64,000 nucleotides of DNA from an uncultured delta proteobacterium (GTDB lineage: Bacteria > Desulfobacterota > Binatia > UBA9968): assembly GCA_963816145.1 (NCBI GenBank), contig CAWFJP010000017.1:32001-96000 (forward strand), given 5' to 3'. Under the pieces are notes generated by a model. That model saw nothing but the letters and a program-made list of their open reading frames with translations, was not told the DNA's origin and did not search any database. Positions 10,300 through 19,330 of this stretch are shown here, in pieces (the first letter of the stretch is position 1; every line of letters begins with the position of its first letter). Made by a program: the position numbers and the translations under genes.

Positions 10300-10644
10300 C
10301 TATTTGCCGTCGTCGAGGCTGACGATCAAAATGGCGCTGGCAATCAGCGGGCCATCGGTGCCCTGCGCATTGAGCACCTGCAAACCGCCTTGGACCACGT
10401 TGATGTGGCCGCCGCCATGCGGCAGCGTTTCTAACACGGCCTGCTTATCTACCGCCTCGGGCTTGGGCACGCCGATGGTCACTTCCACCTGCATATCGTC
10501 GGCGGTCTTGCCCACCAGCCGTGGGAATCCCAAACTGCTGTGATGAATAGCGTCGAACACCGCCCGCTTGGCGGCGTTGGTGTAATCCAATCCGTGCACA
10601 TCCACTCCCATGCCAAATTCCGTAACACACCGTACCAAGGCCAT
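10300..10644 (-). CDS. Lin0512 family protein
   Basis: EFGMGVDVHG.DYT.AA.RAV.DAI.HSSL...LPHG...VV.GGL. Confidence 0.85.
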   Translation of the reverse strand: MALVRCVTEFGMGVDVHGLDYTNAAKRAVFDAIHHSSLGFPRLVGKTADDMQVEVTIGVPKPEAVDKQAVLETLPHGGGHINVVQGGLQVLNAQGTDGPLIASAILIVSLDDGK

Positions 10645-10801
10645 GGCTGATCACCTCCACCTGTGAGTTATAGTCGAACCGATTGTTTGCCGGCACTTAT
10701 TGAGCAACTGGACAACCCCCCCGTCAAGCTTGCCGTTGCAGTTTCAGCAATCACTTCTAACCCCACGCGCTTATCAGCCGTTAAGGGTTCCGCGCTCGTT
10801 C

Positions 10802-10852
10802 TTGAACGATTTGAACGGAGCGAAGCGGTTGAACGGCTGGAACGACTTGAAC
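10802..10852 (+). repeat. TTGAACG-rich intergenic repeat
   Basis: ttgaacgatttgaacggagcgaagcggttgaacggctggaacgacttgaac. Related copies at ~11945-11987 and ~63936-63987, and a reverse partial at ~52840-52860. Confidence 0.75.
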
Positions 10853-10884
10853 CCAGCCCTAGGCTCCCGCTCATCGCCGCGCTG

Positions 10885-11791
10885 CTACACGTTCATGTTG
10901 ACGAGATCCGTCGCGCAGGGGGCGGTCTCGAGGAAATCCCAGCTCTTCATCCATTCATAGGTGCGTTGCAGCTCATCGGCCGGGATCGGCGCCGGCTCGA
11001 CCAGATAGAGGCGGCTCTCGCGTAGATCGTCGATGGTAAGCTGACTGATCTGCGGATCGCGATCGCGATAGTAGTCGATGAAGTAGTGCATATACGCGCG
11101 CTTGTTCGCCATGATGCGCCGGACGGCCTCGCGTATGGCGCGGTTGAAGGCGGCGTAGGTTTCGCCATCGACGCGATCGGACGCGACGTCGGTGCCGTGG
11201 TGGAATGCCGAGATGACCACCCGACAGCCCATTTTCTCGGCTAACGAAATATACGGTTCGGTCAGGGTCGTTGCTTCGATGGTCTTGTCCATGAGCATCT
11301 TGAAGCGGTAATTGGAGCCGTTCGGCACGCGGCCGAGCTTGATCAGCTCGCGCGGCACGAAGCCTTCGAGCATCTGCAGGCAGAGATAGTGCGTGCCGCT
11401 ATAAAAGGGGATGCCGATCTGCACGTTGGCGAATTGCTGCGGCACCTGCACCGGCGAATCTGCGCGGACGACGAGCCCGGCAAAATTCACCATGGAACGA
11501 CGGCCAAGCTGCCGGCATGCCGACCTTGGAGGTTTCAACGCGCGAGTAATTGCCCCATTCGCAAGCGTTGTAGAGGTCAGCCTGGCCTGATTCCATCATG
11601 CGGCCGTGGCTCGTGTAGCGCGAGGCGTCCTTATGATCCGTGATGTGCAGCTGCGGGCTTTTGTCGAGGCCCTTCTCACGGTCCAGCCACTCGATCTGGA
11701 TGCCTTCCTTCTCGAACAGACCCTCGTCATAGGCCACCAGCTCGGCCAAGCCTTGGAACGGCGCAGTGGTTTCCAATCGCAGTGTCGTCAT
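10885..11791 (-). pseudogene. NMT1/THI5-like substrate-binding protein with +1 frameshift at ~11517
   Basis: The 5' ORF (LVAYDEGLFEKEGI...NACEWGNYSRVETSKVG) joins the 3' ORF (RQLGRRSMVNFAG...) if one base in ggcATGCcgg is removed. Confidence 0.8.
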
Positions 11792-11944
11792 AAATTCCTC
11801 CCCAATCGGGAATTAGATAAGTTACCTTATAGTTTCATTCTGACCTCTGTCAAACACGCTTGCGATTGGAAAATCCTTGTAATGAGAATAACTCCGCCAG
11901 CAGCGAAGGCGGACTTGAAGACGGCTTGATTTCCTGTAAACGAA

Positions 11945-11987
11945 TTGAACTGAGCGTAGCGCTTGAACGGCTGGAACGGTTTGAACA
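11945..11987 (+). repeat. TTGAACG-rich intergenic repeat
   Basis: ttgaactgagcgtagcgcttgaacggctggaacggtttgaac. Confidence 0.7.
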
Positions 11988-12014
11988 AATTAGTGTGAAA
12001 TTCAGAGGTGCTCC

Positions 12015-12770
12015 ATGGAAAAAGCTCGGCAAATCAGTCGCCGAACCTGGTTGGCCCGGGTCGCATTGGGCAGTTTCGCGATATGGAACGAGGTAAATTT
12101 CGGCCTCGGTCGGCGCGGATGGAGTATCGCCATAGGTGGCAGCGATCTCGCGACCGGCGTCGCCCACGCTCAGAACCTGGGAGCCGTCGAAGCCCTTCGG
12201 GTCAACTTGGGCATCGTCAATGCGTACGTCCTCATCCGGGGCAAGGAAGCGGCGGTCGTTGATACCGGCACGCCCGGCAATGCAACCAAGATTGCGGTCA
12301 TCGTTCGCAACGCCGGCCTGGGTTGGGATGCGGTTCACCACGTCATCCTGACTCACTATCACTCCGATCACATTGGCAGCGTTGGCGACGTACTGGCGGC
12401 GGCGACCAAGGCGACAGCATACGCCGGGGCCGCCGACATTCCGCAGATCAAGTCGCCGCGCCCGCTCAAGGCGGTCGGTGACAACGACGAAGTGTTCGGC
12501 CTGCGCGTGATTTCCACGCCCGGTCACACACCGGGTCACGTCTGCGTTTTCGATCCGGCCGGATCACTGCTTATTCTGGGCGACGCCATGAACAACACCG
12601 GCAACAAGCTCGCCGGTCCGAGTCCCCAGTACAGCTCCGACATCGCACTGGCGAATCAGAGCGTGAAGAAACTGGCGCAACTGACGTTCCAACGCGCCCT
12701 CTTCGGCCACGGGGAACCGATCGACAAGAGCGCCTCGCAGGCGATCGCCAAGCTGGCCGGCACGCTGTAA
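12015..12770 (+). CDS. MBL-fold metallo-hydrolase with Tat-like signal
   Basis: SRRTWL, VDTG, THYHSDHIG, TPGHTPGH, GD, FGHG. Confidence 0.9.
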   Translation: MEKARQISRRTWLARVALGSFAIWNEVNFGLGRRGWSIAIGGSDLATGVAHAQNLGAVEALRVNLGIVNAYVLIRGKEAAVVDTGTPGNATKIAVIVRNAGLGWDAVHHVILTHYHSDHIGSVGDVLAAATKATAYAGAADIPQIKSPRPLKAVGDNDEVFGLRVISTPGHTPGHVCVFDPAGSLLILGDAMNNTGNKLAGPSPQYSSDIALANQSVKKLAQLTFQRALFGHGEPIDKSASQAIAKLAGTL

Positions 12771-12813
12771 CGGTTCGCCAAGGTCGAAATTAGATCTACT
12801 ATTCAATTACCGA

Positions 12814-12975
12814 ATGCCGGGCGTGATCAGCCACACCACCAACCTGGCCGAACACCCGGAATTGGTCGCTGAACGGATCGTGCGCTTCGCAAAACTGGTC
12901 GGGCGCGAAAACGTTATCGCCGGCGCCGACTGCGGCTTTGCCGCCTTCGCACTGCGTAAGCAAGTCAGGAAATAA
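12814..12975 (+). pseudogene. C-terminal fragment of cobalamin-independent methionine synthase II-like protein
   Basis: Hand translation MPGVISHTTNLAEHPELVAERIVRFAKLVGRENVIAGADCGFA carries the MetE-like DCGF motif; the rest of the gene is absent. Confidence 0.8.
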
Positions 12976-13045
12976 AAGCCTGAACCCGTAGCCTATGTGA
13001 CGTTCTCGAGCGCGGCGAAATCTTTTTGGGTCAATGGCCGAGGCG

Positions 13046-14008
13046 CTATTTGCGCACGCGCATGCCACGCTGCGCGTCCCACTGGAGAATCCTGTCGCTC
13101 TTGGGCAGGGGCGCTTCGGGGACCTCGCCGATGGAAAAGCCGTATTTCCAATTTGCCGGGCAGATCCCGACGAAACGAGCATAGCCGCCCAAACCGCCGG
13201 CAAATTTCGGGAAACCGATCGTGATCAGACAACCTTTTTCCGGCACTTGATCGAGGTTGGCCACGCCTTCCGCTTGGGTGTAGCCGTGGTGCAATAACCA
13301 ATGTTCGCCTTCGAGATTTGGCGTGGCGTCGGTGTCGAGCGGCTCGTGACCGTGAAACAGGATGCGGCGTTCCTCATGGAGAAACTTGAGCGCATCCAAT
13401 GACACGCCAGGAAAGGTTTTCGCTTCCGCCAGCGCCGGATCGGGCCATTTCTTCGACCAATCCGACCGCACCATCACCACCGAGCCAGGCGGAACCTTGC
13501 CATTGCGGCTCTCCCAACTCTGAATGTCGGCGCGCTGCAGATGGTAGCCTGCGTCTTTGGCCAGCTGATCGACAATCGAAATCACCACCAGTGGACGCAC
13601 TGCATAGGTCGCCGGCAACTCGTCGATCGCCGGATATTCCGGCGCCCAATGCGCCGGCGGATCGAGCTGCGTGCCGTACTGATCGGTAGGTAATTCATAG
13701 CGCGTCGCTTCGAAACCATCCTTCTTGTAAGTGTAAGGTTGCTTAGTTTGCGGATGGACCGCCGCAGCGAATTTCGCCGCGGAGAAGCCTTTCCATACCG
13801 GGATCGAAGGGGTAATCGTGTGCGTCAAGTCAATGTATTTGGCGCCTTTGAGAGAGTTGTCATAGAGCTGCCAGAGATCAAACTGCGTCGATGACGCGGG
13901 TTCCGAAGCAGTTTTTGATTCCGGTGACGATGAAACTTTCGCCTCACAACCTGCAAGAAAAAACATCAATCCAAGTAAAATACTGCAATTGACTGATGCG
14001 CTGGTCAT
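13046..14008 (-). CDS. Cyclase/kynurenine formamidase-family lipoprotein
   Basis: Lipobox FLAGC, IDLTH, GTQLDPPAHW, VMVRSDWS, HEPLDTD, EGVANLD, GG.GGYAR. Confidence 0.85.
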   Translation of the reverse strand: MTSASVNCSILLGLMFFLAGCEAKVSSSPESKTASEPASSTQFDLWQLYDNSLKGAKYIDLTHTITPSIPVWKGFSAAKFAAAVHPQTKQPYTYKKDGFEATRYELPTDQYGTQLDPPAHWAPEYPAIDELPATYAVRPLVVISIVDQLAKDAGYHLQRADIQSWESRNGKVPPGSVVMVRSDWSKKWPDPALAEAKTFPGVSLDALKFLHEERRILFHGHEPLDTDATPNLEGEHWLLHHGYTQAEGVANLDQVPEKGCLITIGFPKFAGGLGGYARFVGICPANWKYGFSIGEVPEAPLPKSDRILQWDAQRGMRVRK

Positions 14009-14137
14009 AAGAGCCTCCCTGAGAATTTATCCCATAATCACATCTACAAAGTGGGACTGACTAAACCAGACTATGTTGTCGCTAATAGATTGGCGACCGC
14101 GCGTTAATGGGGTCGGCGTCAAGGGTCAAAGACTCGC

Positions 14138-14188
14138 GGTCACGTCTTGCATTGCGACAAATGCAGTATTGCAGGCAAGACCTGGCCA
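14138..14188. repeat. REP-like imperfect palindrome
   Basis: ggtcacgtcttgcattgcgacaaat...gcaagacctggcc. Confidence 0.72.
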
Positions 14189-14310
14189 CGCGCTTGCGTG
14201 CAATTCATCGAAACAAAACGGCTGGCTTGATGGTGACAATCAATCGTTGTACACCAACCCTGCCCTACCATCTCGGGCTCTCGGCTCGGAGACCACAAAA
14301 GCGCGCGTAC

Positions 14311-15384
14311 TCAACGCTCCCACCGTTTCCGGGATACCACTTCGGCGATGGCGGTTGAGGTCTTTGCGGCGCCTTTGGCGACTAGCTGGACAAGAAACTC
14401 GGTTGCGGCGCGTGCGCCGGTTGTGCTGGTAACTCGCTGCGCGGCGGCTGAGACCTGCTCGACTGTCGCGATCGCTGCGCCGGTCAGTGCCGACGTGGCG
14501 CTCCCCGTGGTGCTCTTCGCGGCGTCCCAGATCACCACTCCGACGCGCTCCGCACCTCGCTTAGCCACCGAGCCGAGCATACCGGCTGCTTCTACCGTTG
14601 CTGTATGCCGCAGCGATTTGGGAGTGGGCTTGATCACGCTGCCGCAATACCCGCTGGCGAGACAGCCGATTCTCAGCGTGAGAAACGCATTGACCGTTCC
14701 ATCGACACAGGACGTGGTGACCAAACCGGCGACCTGTGCGAATCCGGGAATTGCGGCGACGACTGAGTTCGCTAACACCGGCGCGAGCAATGGCTCGATC
14801 AGTTCGCTGAGATCCAGGTCCTCGACATTTTGTGCCACGAATGCCGCCGCAGCAACGTTGCCGTAGAGCGCAATAAGGTCTCCTAAGGCGGGCCGCTGCC
14901 AATAGAGGTGGGCGATCTGCCAAACCAAGCGACACTGCGTTACCAAGACCATGAGGCCATCTAGCCTGCCCGACTGCGAGACTGCCGTGCTCAAAAAGAC
15001 TGCCATGGCGGCATCCGCGGTTTTTTGGCGGGAGAGTTGAGCCAGTTCCGCAAGGGCGGGTTCGACCGTCGCCGCCGTAAGGTCCTGGTTACTAAGATTT
15101 CTGTTCCGTCGAAGGCGCTTTGCAAGCTCTTCCAAGTACGCGGCTTGCACGGAAGCATTTTCTTCGGAAGGCGGAACAAGGCTCTTTGGAAGCCGAACGA
15201 AAGTAACTATCGGAATGAGGATGCACGCGGCGTAGAGAGCCAGCAGAAACCAAAGCAAACCCTGCCCCATTAGCGGATGTATGGCGCTCACAAAGGCGAC
15301 GGTTTCCCTCGTCTCGCGGGCAATGATAAATGCAACGGCTATCAGCAGAAGGATGGCGACCGGTATCAGGATGCGTTTCAGCAC
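14311..15384 (-). CDS. DUF697/YcjF-family membrane protein
   Basis: Two N-terminal TMs; TAVSQSGRLDGL.VL..Q..LV.QIA..Y.QRP; DG..NAFLTLRIG. Confidence 0.8.
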   Translation of the reverse strand: MLKRILIPVAILLLIAVAFIIARETRETVAFVSAIHPLMGQGLLWFLLALYAACILIPIVTFVRLPKSLVPPSEENASVQAAYLEELAKRLRRNRNLSNQDLTAATVEPALAELAQLSRQKTADAAMAVFLSTAVSQSGRLDGLMVLVTQCRLVWQIAHLYWQRPALGDLIALYGNVAAAAFVAQNVEDLDLSELIEPLLAPVLANSVVAAIPGFAQVAGLVTTSCVDGTVNAFLTLRIGCLASGYCGSVIKPTPKSLRHTATVEAAGMLGSVAKRGAERVGVVIWDAAKSTTGSATSALTGAAIATVEQVSAAAQRVTSTTGARAATEFLVQLVAKGAAKTSTAIAEVVSRKRWER

Positions 15385-15734
15385 GACGTCTGCAAAGATA
15401 CTTTAGTTAGGCGATACCGACAAGGTTCCGTTGGCGGACTCGGGTCGGAGTCGCAGGAGTCGGTCGCCGAGTTGAGAGTCAGGGTGATTTTGAGTCGGGG
15501 TCTGCATTTGTGATCCATATCGGATCGGTCACGCGGTACAGATGATTTACACGGAAAGCAGTTTGAGTGATTGCAGCCCCGACGCTAAAGACTAAACGAG
15601 CTGTGGAATTGAGTTGCACGAGAGCCCCGCGCTCAAGCGCTATGGTGTCTGGTCAATTACCGAAGCGGTATCCGCACGGAGCGTAATAGTCGTGAAGTAA
15701 ATGTCTGACCCCGCGATCATTTCACTTTTGTTCA

Positions 15735-16934
15735 TTAAACGAGAAAGGATAATTTTTTAACCAATTTACATTGGCCGTTTTCAATCTCGTATACGAAAGT
15801 ATCTATCTTGAAGAGGGAATTCTTCACGAAAATAAAATCGAACACATGGAAACCGTTGCGCTTGGCTTCGGCTTGGCAAGCACTTGGAGCCATCGATACT
15901 AACATCTTGCGAACCTTAAGTTTATTGATTTCCGCGTTTAGATTATTGCGCGCTGAGAACGTTTCCAGATGCGCATAGAACCCAGCGGCATTTCTGAATT
16001 CAGCCGGCGAACTTACATCAAGCCCGAGCACGTCTCGAATATAAAAATAGGTGAAATATGACTCCACGCTCGGATATTTGCCGTCCTGAGTCGGCTCGCG
16101 CGAGTATCCGAGGGTCGTGTTAACGGAAAACCAATCGATAATCTTTTTGGGGATGAAGGATTTCCAAAATGCCGCTTCTTGGCCTTTCGATGGAAACATC
16201 CTTGTGATGAGAGCCGTAGGAAGACAGTCGACGAAACTCTTATGCGTATGACCGAAAAAAACCCCGTGGAATCCAGTAGAGAGCATGTAATTCGCGACGT
16301 CTTGTGAATTGGTCAGCTCGGTGGATCGCTCGCGCTTTTGTTCCGGAGGTTGGATGAAGTGATGATGTAGGACGGCGATGTCGAGGGTGTTCTTGGCGAT
16401 GGTTCTTGGAGTCAGCTCGTAGGAATCGATTTTGCCTTTGGCAAAAGTCCGATTCGAGTCGCTGCTATCAAAAACGTGGAAATTTGTAGTGATTGCACCG
16501 AAGTTAAACGTAACCTTTTTCCCGCTTCTTATTACAGGGAAGATATTGTTGTAGTCGTCCAACGAGGTTTGTTGAAGGTTACCGTTGAATCGATCATGAT
16601 TCCCAGGAACAATGACGTAGTGACGATTGGTATTCTTCGCCAAATCGAGCCCTAAGCTGGTTGCGCCAACGTTTACCGTTTGTTGAATCCACGTATGCAC
16701 CCAGACGAAACTATCGATGCTTCCGACGCGGCTCACATCGCCGGAAATGACCAGTACGTCCCATGGGTTGTGGTTGAGAAAAGCGTCGAGCGCAATGAAA
16801 GCCTTAAAATTATGACCGTACCGGTGCGGAGCTTTAATTTGATTTGCTGTGCTGCTGATGAGTTGCTCAGAGATATGCAGGTCTGAAATGTGAACGACCC
16901 GTATGGTGACATCGGGCGGCGCTTCTTGGTTCAT
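15735..16934 (-). CDS. Calcineurin-like metallophosphoesterase, low GC
   Basis: HISDLH, SGDVS, VPGNHD, LHHH and GHTH in the canonical order; visibly more AT-rich than neighbours. Confidence 0.88.
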   Translation of the reverse strand: MNQEAPPDVTIRVVHISDLHISEQLISSTANQIKAPHRYGHNFKAFIALDAFLNHNPWDVLVISGDVSRVGSIDSFVWVHTWIQQTVNVGATSLGLDLAKNTNRHYVIVPGNHDRFNGNLQQTSLDDYNNIFPVIRSGKKVTFNFGAITTNFHVFDSSDSNRTFAKGKIDSYELTPRTIAKNTLDIAVLHHHFIQPPEQKRERSTELTNSQDVANYMLSTGFHGVFFGHTHKSFVDCLPTALITRMFPSKGQEAAFWKSFIPKKIIDWFSVNTTLGYSREPTQDGKYPSVESYFTYFYIRDVLGLDVSSPAEFRNAAGFYAHLETFSARNNLNAEINKLKVRKMLVSMAPSACQAEAKRNGFHVFDFIFVKNSLFKIDTFVYEIENGQCKLVKKLSFLV

Positions 16935-17282
16935 AGGTTTGGCAAGTGATATGTCCCCGACGCTAAACCAACGGCACGCATCAGGATCTATTAACCGAAC
17001 TTGCTTGCTGTGCGGTTGCGTTTATCATACACCACATCTTAACAAAGTGCTCAGCGGTTTGGACCGGAAACGATTGGAATCGCCCTTACTTAATAAACCG
17101 TCCCAGTTCCAGCTGAATGCCGGGGATTGATCGGGTTACATCTGGTATCGCAACAAATGTGTGATCCCAAAACCTACCGTCATCACCGCTCACCGCATGC
17201 ATGACGCCGATTGGCCGCATCGACGATGCGGGTCGGTTCGGTTTCATGACGTGTATCTCTGAGAGCTTGCGACCCGTGGCTT

Positions 17283-18275
17283 TTAAAAACCTTGCAGCGT
17301 CCCATCTGGGGTTCTGACGACATGCTTGAGGGGCGCGCCTGAAAGATAGCGGCGCGTGTTGTCACGGACAAGCTCGCTCATCCGCCGCCACAGTTGCCGT
17401 CCGCCCTGACCGCCGACATGGGGCGTCATCAGCACGTTGGGCAGATCCCACAGCGGGCTCGATGCCGGCAACGGTTCTTCGGCGAAGGCGTCTAGTCCGG
17501 CCCCCTTGATGCGACCCTCGGCGAGGGCGCGGGCCAGCGCCGCCTCGTCCACGACCTTGCCGCGGGAGATGTTCACCAGGATCGCCGTCTCTTGCATGAG
17601 GGCGATTCTTTCGGCGCTGAGAAATCCCCTTGTGCCGCTGTCCAGCGGCAGCGCCACCATGACCACGTCGGCGCTGGGCAGAACCTCATCTACTTTTTCT
17701 CGGGGCACCACGCGATCGATCTCCGGCACGGCGGCGGAAGGCGCGCGGGTGACGCAGATCACCTCCATATCGAACGCCTTGGCCTTGCGCGCGATCTCCT
17801 GACCGATGTGGCCCATACCGAGGATCACCAGGCGCGCGCCATCGGGGTCGAGTATATGGGAAGACATGGAGTTCCGCGCCCACTCTCGCCGTGGGCGCAA
17901 TTGCTCGAACCGGCGAAAGCCGCGCATGACGCCCAGCATCAGGGCGATAGCGTGGCTGGCCAGCACGCGCTGGCTGACGTCGCCGCTATTGGTGACCCAG
18001 ACGCCGTCAGGCAGTCCCGCTCTCAGCCCGATTTCGACACCGACGGTGGTGAACTGGATCCACTTGAGGGCCCGCCCTTTGTCGCGCACCAGGCGCGCGA
18101 ACTCCGCGGTGAAGGCGGAGTTGTAAGCATGGAGGATTTCCGCGCCGTCGAGTGCCTTGGCCAGGGATTCGAGGTCGTCGGCCTTGGCCGCCTCGACCTC
18201 GGGGAAGTCGCGCAGAAAGGCTTCGTCCACCACGTCATTGGCGGCCTGCACGAACTGGGCAATGCGAACTGTCAT
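17283..18275 (-). CDS. D-isomer-specific 2-hydroxyacid dehydrogenase
   Basis: GMGHIG, VNISRG.VVDE.AL, GAGLDAF..EPL, TPHVGG. Confidence 0.92.
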   Translation of the reverse strand: MTVRIAQFVQAANDVVDEAFLRDFPEVEAAKADDLESLAKALDGAEILHAYNSAFTAEFARLVRDKGRALKWIQFTTVGVEIGLRAGLPDGVWVTNSGDVSQRVLASHAIALMLGVMRGFRRFEQLRPRREWARNSMSSHILDPDGARLVILGMGHIGQEIARKAKAFDMEVICVTRAPSAAVPEIDRVVPREKVDEVLPSADVVMVALPLDSGTRGFLSAERIALMQETAILVNISRGKVVDEAALARALAEGRIKGAGLDAFAEEPLPASSPLWDLPNVLMTPHVGGQGGRQLWRRMSELVRDNTRRYLSGAPLKHVVRTPDGTLQGF

Positions 18276-18573
18276 GATGCTCCTGCGTGGCCGCGGCACG
18301 CCGTCGTGGCCGGTCACGAATCGAAAATTAATGATCTCCGGAGGTATACCGACGAACCGGCGAAGGGTCAAACACACGAGTGTTTGGTAGAAACCGCGCT
18401 GTTACGGTGCGGATTCGAACATCGAGCGCACGCGTATTTAGTGGAGTTCGGCCTTGCACTTTGCTAGAGCTGACTCGGAGTTTTCCGTCGCGTGCGTGTA
18501 TGTGCCGGACGATGGATCCATGTGTACTCCATGGTCTCAATGGCCCGCTTAGTCTGACGCCTCAGCTCAAGGA

Positions 18574-19236
18574 ATGACAGTCCGAATGTTCAAGAGACCT
18601 TATGTTCTCGCGATCGTGTCCTTCCTTATGATCCCCGCGGTCACTGTTTTGGCCGGGAGGTTGATTAATTCCATCAATCCCGAAATCGCCGCGGGTGATT
18701 CGAATTACGAGCGCAACTATTGGCTGTTGAGCCTGGCGAAGCATCTTTCCATTTTGGCAGTCTTGCTGGTGATTATCGGCTTGTGGTTTCTGACCTGTTT
18801 ATTTCTCGTCAAGTCCAAGAAAAGATCGTACGGCTGGTTGCCCTTGGCCATGCTTGGCCCCTTTGGATTGATTATCCTGACCATGCTTAGCGACAACGCT
18901 CCAGCGCCTGGGGATTTGTACCAGCAATTTGTTGGCAAACTAAAAACTTATCTGCGTATTGCGTACGAACTAGGTTTTTTCGCGGTCGTGTGGGTTGGTG
19001 CATATCAAACCATGGTTTTGACGCGCGACCTGATGATCATGTACGAAGCCGCCGCCACCGGAACTTCCACGGCGCAAATCATCAATCAACAAAACGCCTC
19101 CAGCGGTATGTGGGCTTTCAGCGAGAGTTTGGAAGTCTTGGTTCTGGTGGTTCTCTTCTATTTGCTGTGGCCGATTTGTTTTAACGCAGTGGGACGCCTG
19201 CCCAGACTATGGGCCTCCTCTTCCGACCTTTTTTGA
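18574..19236 (+). CDS. Hypothetical integral membrane protein
   Basis: About 5 hydrophobic segments; no family recognised. Confidence 0.65.
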   Translation: MTVRMFKRPYVLAIVSFLMIPAVTVLAGRLINSINPEIAAGDSNYERNYWLLSLAKHLSILAVLLVIIGLWFLTCLFLVKSKKRSYGWLPLAMLGPFGLIILTMLSDNAPAPGDLYQQFVGKLKTYLRIAYELGFFAVVWVGAYQTMVLTRDLMIMYEAAATGTSTAQIINQQNASSGMWAFSESLEVLVLVVLFYLLWPICFNAVGRLPRLWASSSDLF

Positions 19237-19330
19237 CCACTCAGGTACCAATCACGAAAGCCATTCGCTAGATTGATACGGTTGTTATCTCAGATCCCGA
19301 CGCCTACTCTACACTCGCTTACACACTCTG

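Noticed and set aside
10802-10852. TTGAACG tandem motif as a CRISPR array
   Set aside because: The units are ~9 bp and degenerate, there are no unique 30-40 bp spacers, and no cas genes are present.
13046-14008. 'Cyclase family' protein as a nucleotide cyclase linked to the defence system
   Set aside because: It is the kynurenine-formamidase-like metal hydrolase family, unrelated to class III cyclases.
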